This document shows, one piece after another, positions 36,497 through 36,557 of a DNA stretch of 36,557 nucleotides. Every line of letters starts with the position of its first letter. The first letter of the stretch is position 1. The position numbers and the translations under genes were made by a program. Below the pieces are notes generated by a model. It did not search any database. It was not told the origin of the DNA and saw only the letters and a program-made list of their open reading frames with translations. The DNA lies in assembly GCA_037147155.1 (NCBI GenBank), contig JBAWVR010000003.1, positions 1 through 36,557 on the forward strand. Reading direction: 5' to 3'. The DNA is from a bacterium (GTDB taxonomy: Bacteria > Patescibacteriota > Minisyncoccia > Phycocordibacterales > GWA1-40-21).

Positions 36497-36557
36497 ATCT
36501 TAAAATCAACTACCCCGCAGCAAGCTGACGGGGTATGAGGAGTTCCAGTGCCAAAAG

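Noticed and set aside
36508-36557. ncRNA 3' end (TACCCCGCAGC-AA-GCTGACGGGGTA hairpin)
   Set aside because: Truncated by the window edge and not assignable to a family.

Overview
AT-rich bacterial chromosome segment in the standard code (TGA is a stop). Gene content suggests Patescibacteria/Parcubacteria (inference): split ComEC, type IV pilus genes, PsbP-like repeat protein and GYxWSDxIGWI surface proteins. It carries a type IV pilin/pilC cluster and pilB, a fragmented str locus (rpsL-rpsG, then two inverted DUF5680-like genes, then fusA, with no tuf downstream), rpmB, comEC, rnhA, recJ, capA-like, HIT and S2P genes, several orphan genes with their own promoters and terminators, and a duplicated two-gene module of large secreted proteins. 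The main signal the genes do not explain is a dense set of short structured DNA elements with asymmetric inverted ends. Family A is ~130-141 bp with CCCG..GTAGA / CCC.G..GTGA ends and has 6 copies plus a remnant; two copies sit in-frame inside the cleavable leaders of adjacent prepilin genes and supply the Gly codon of the G|F cleavage site. Family C is an 86-bp three-way-junction repeat in two 5' leaders. Family D is a short hairpin with a conserved G/TTT internal loop, fused to extended -10 boxes of apparently leaderless genes. There is also one RPE-like element. No transposase or integrase is encoded in the window. All protein family calls come from motif recognition by eye; no database search was run.
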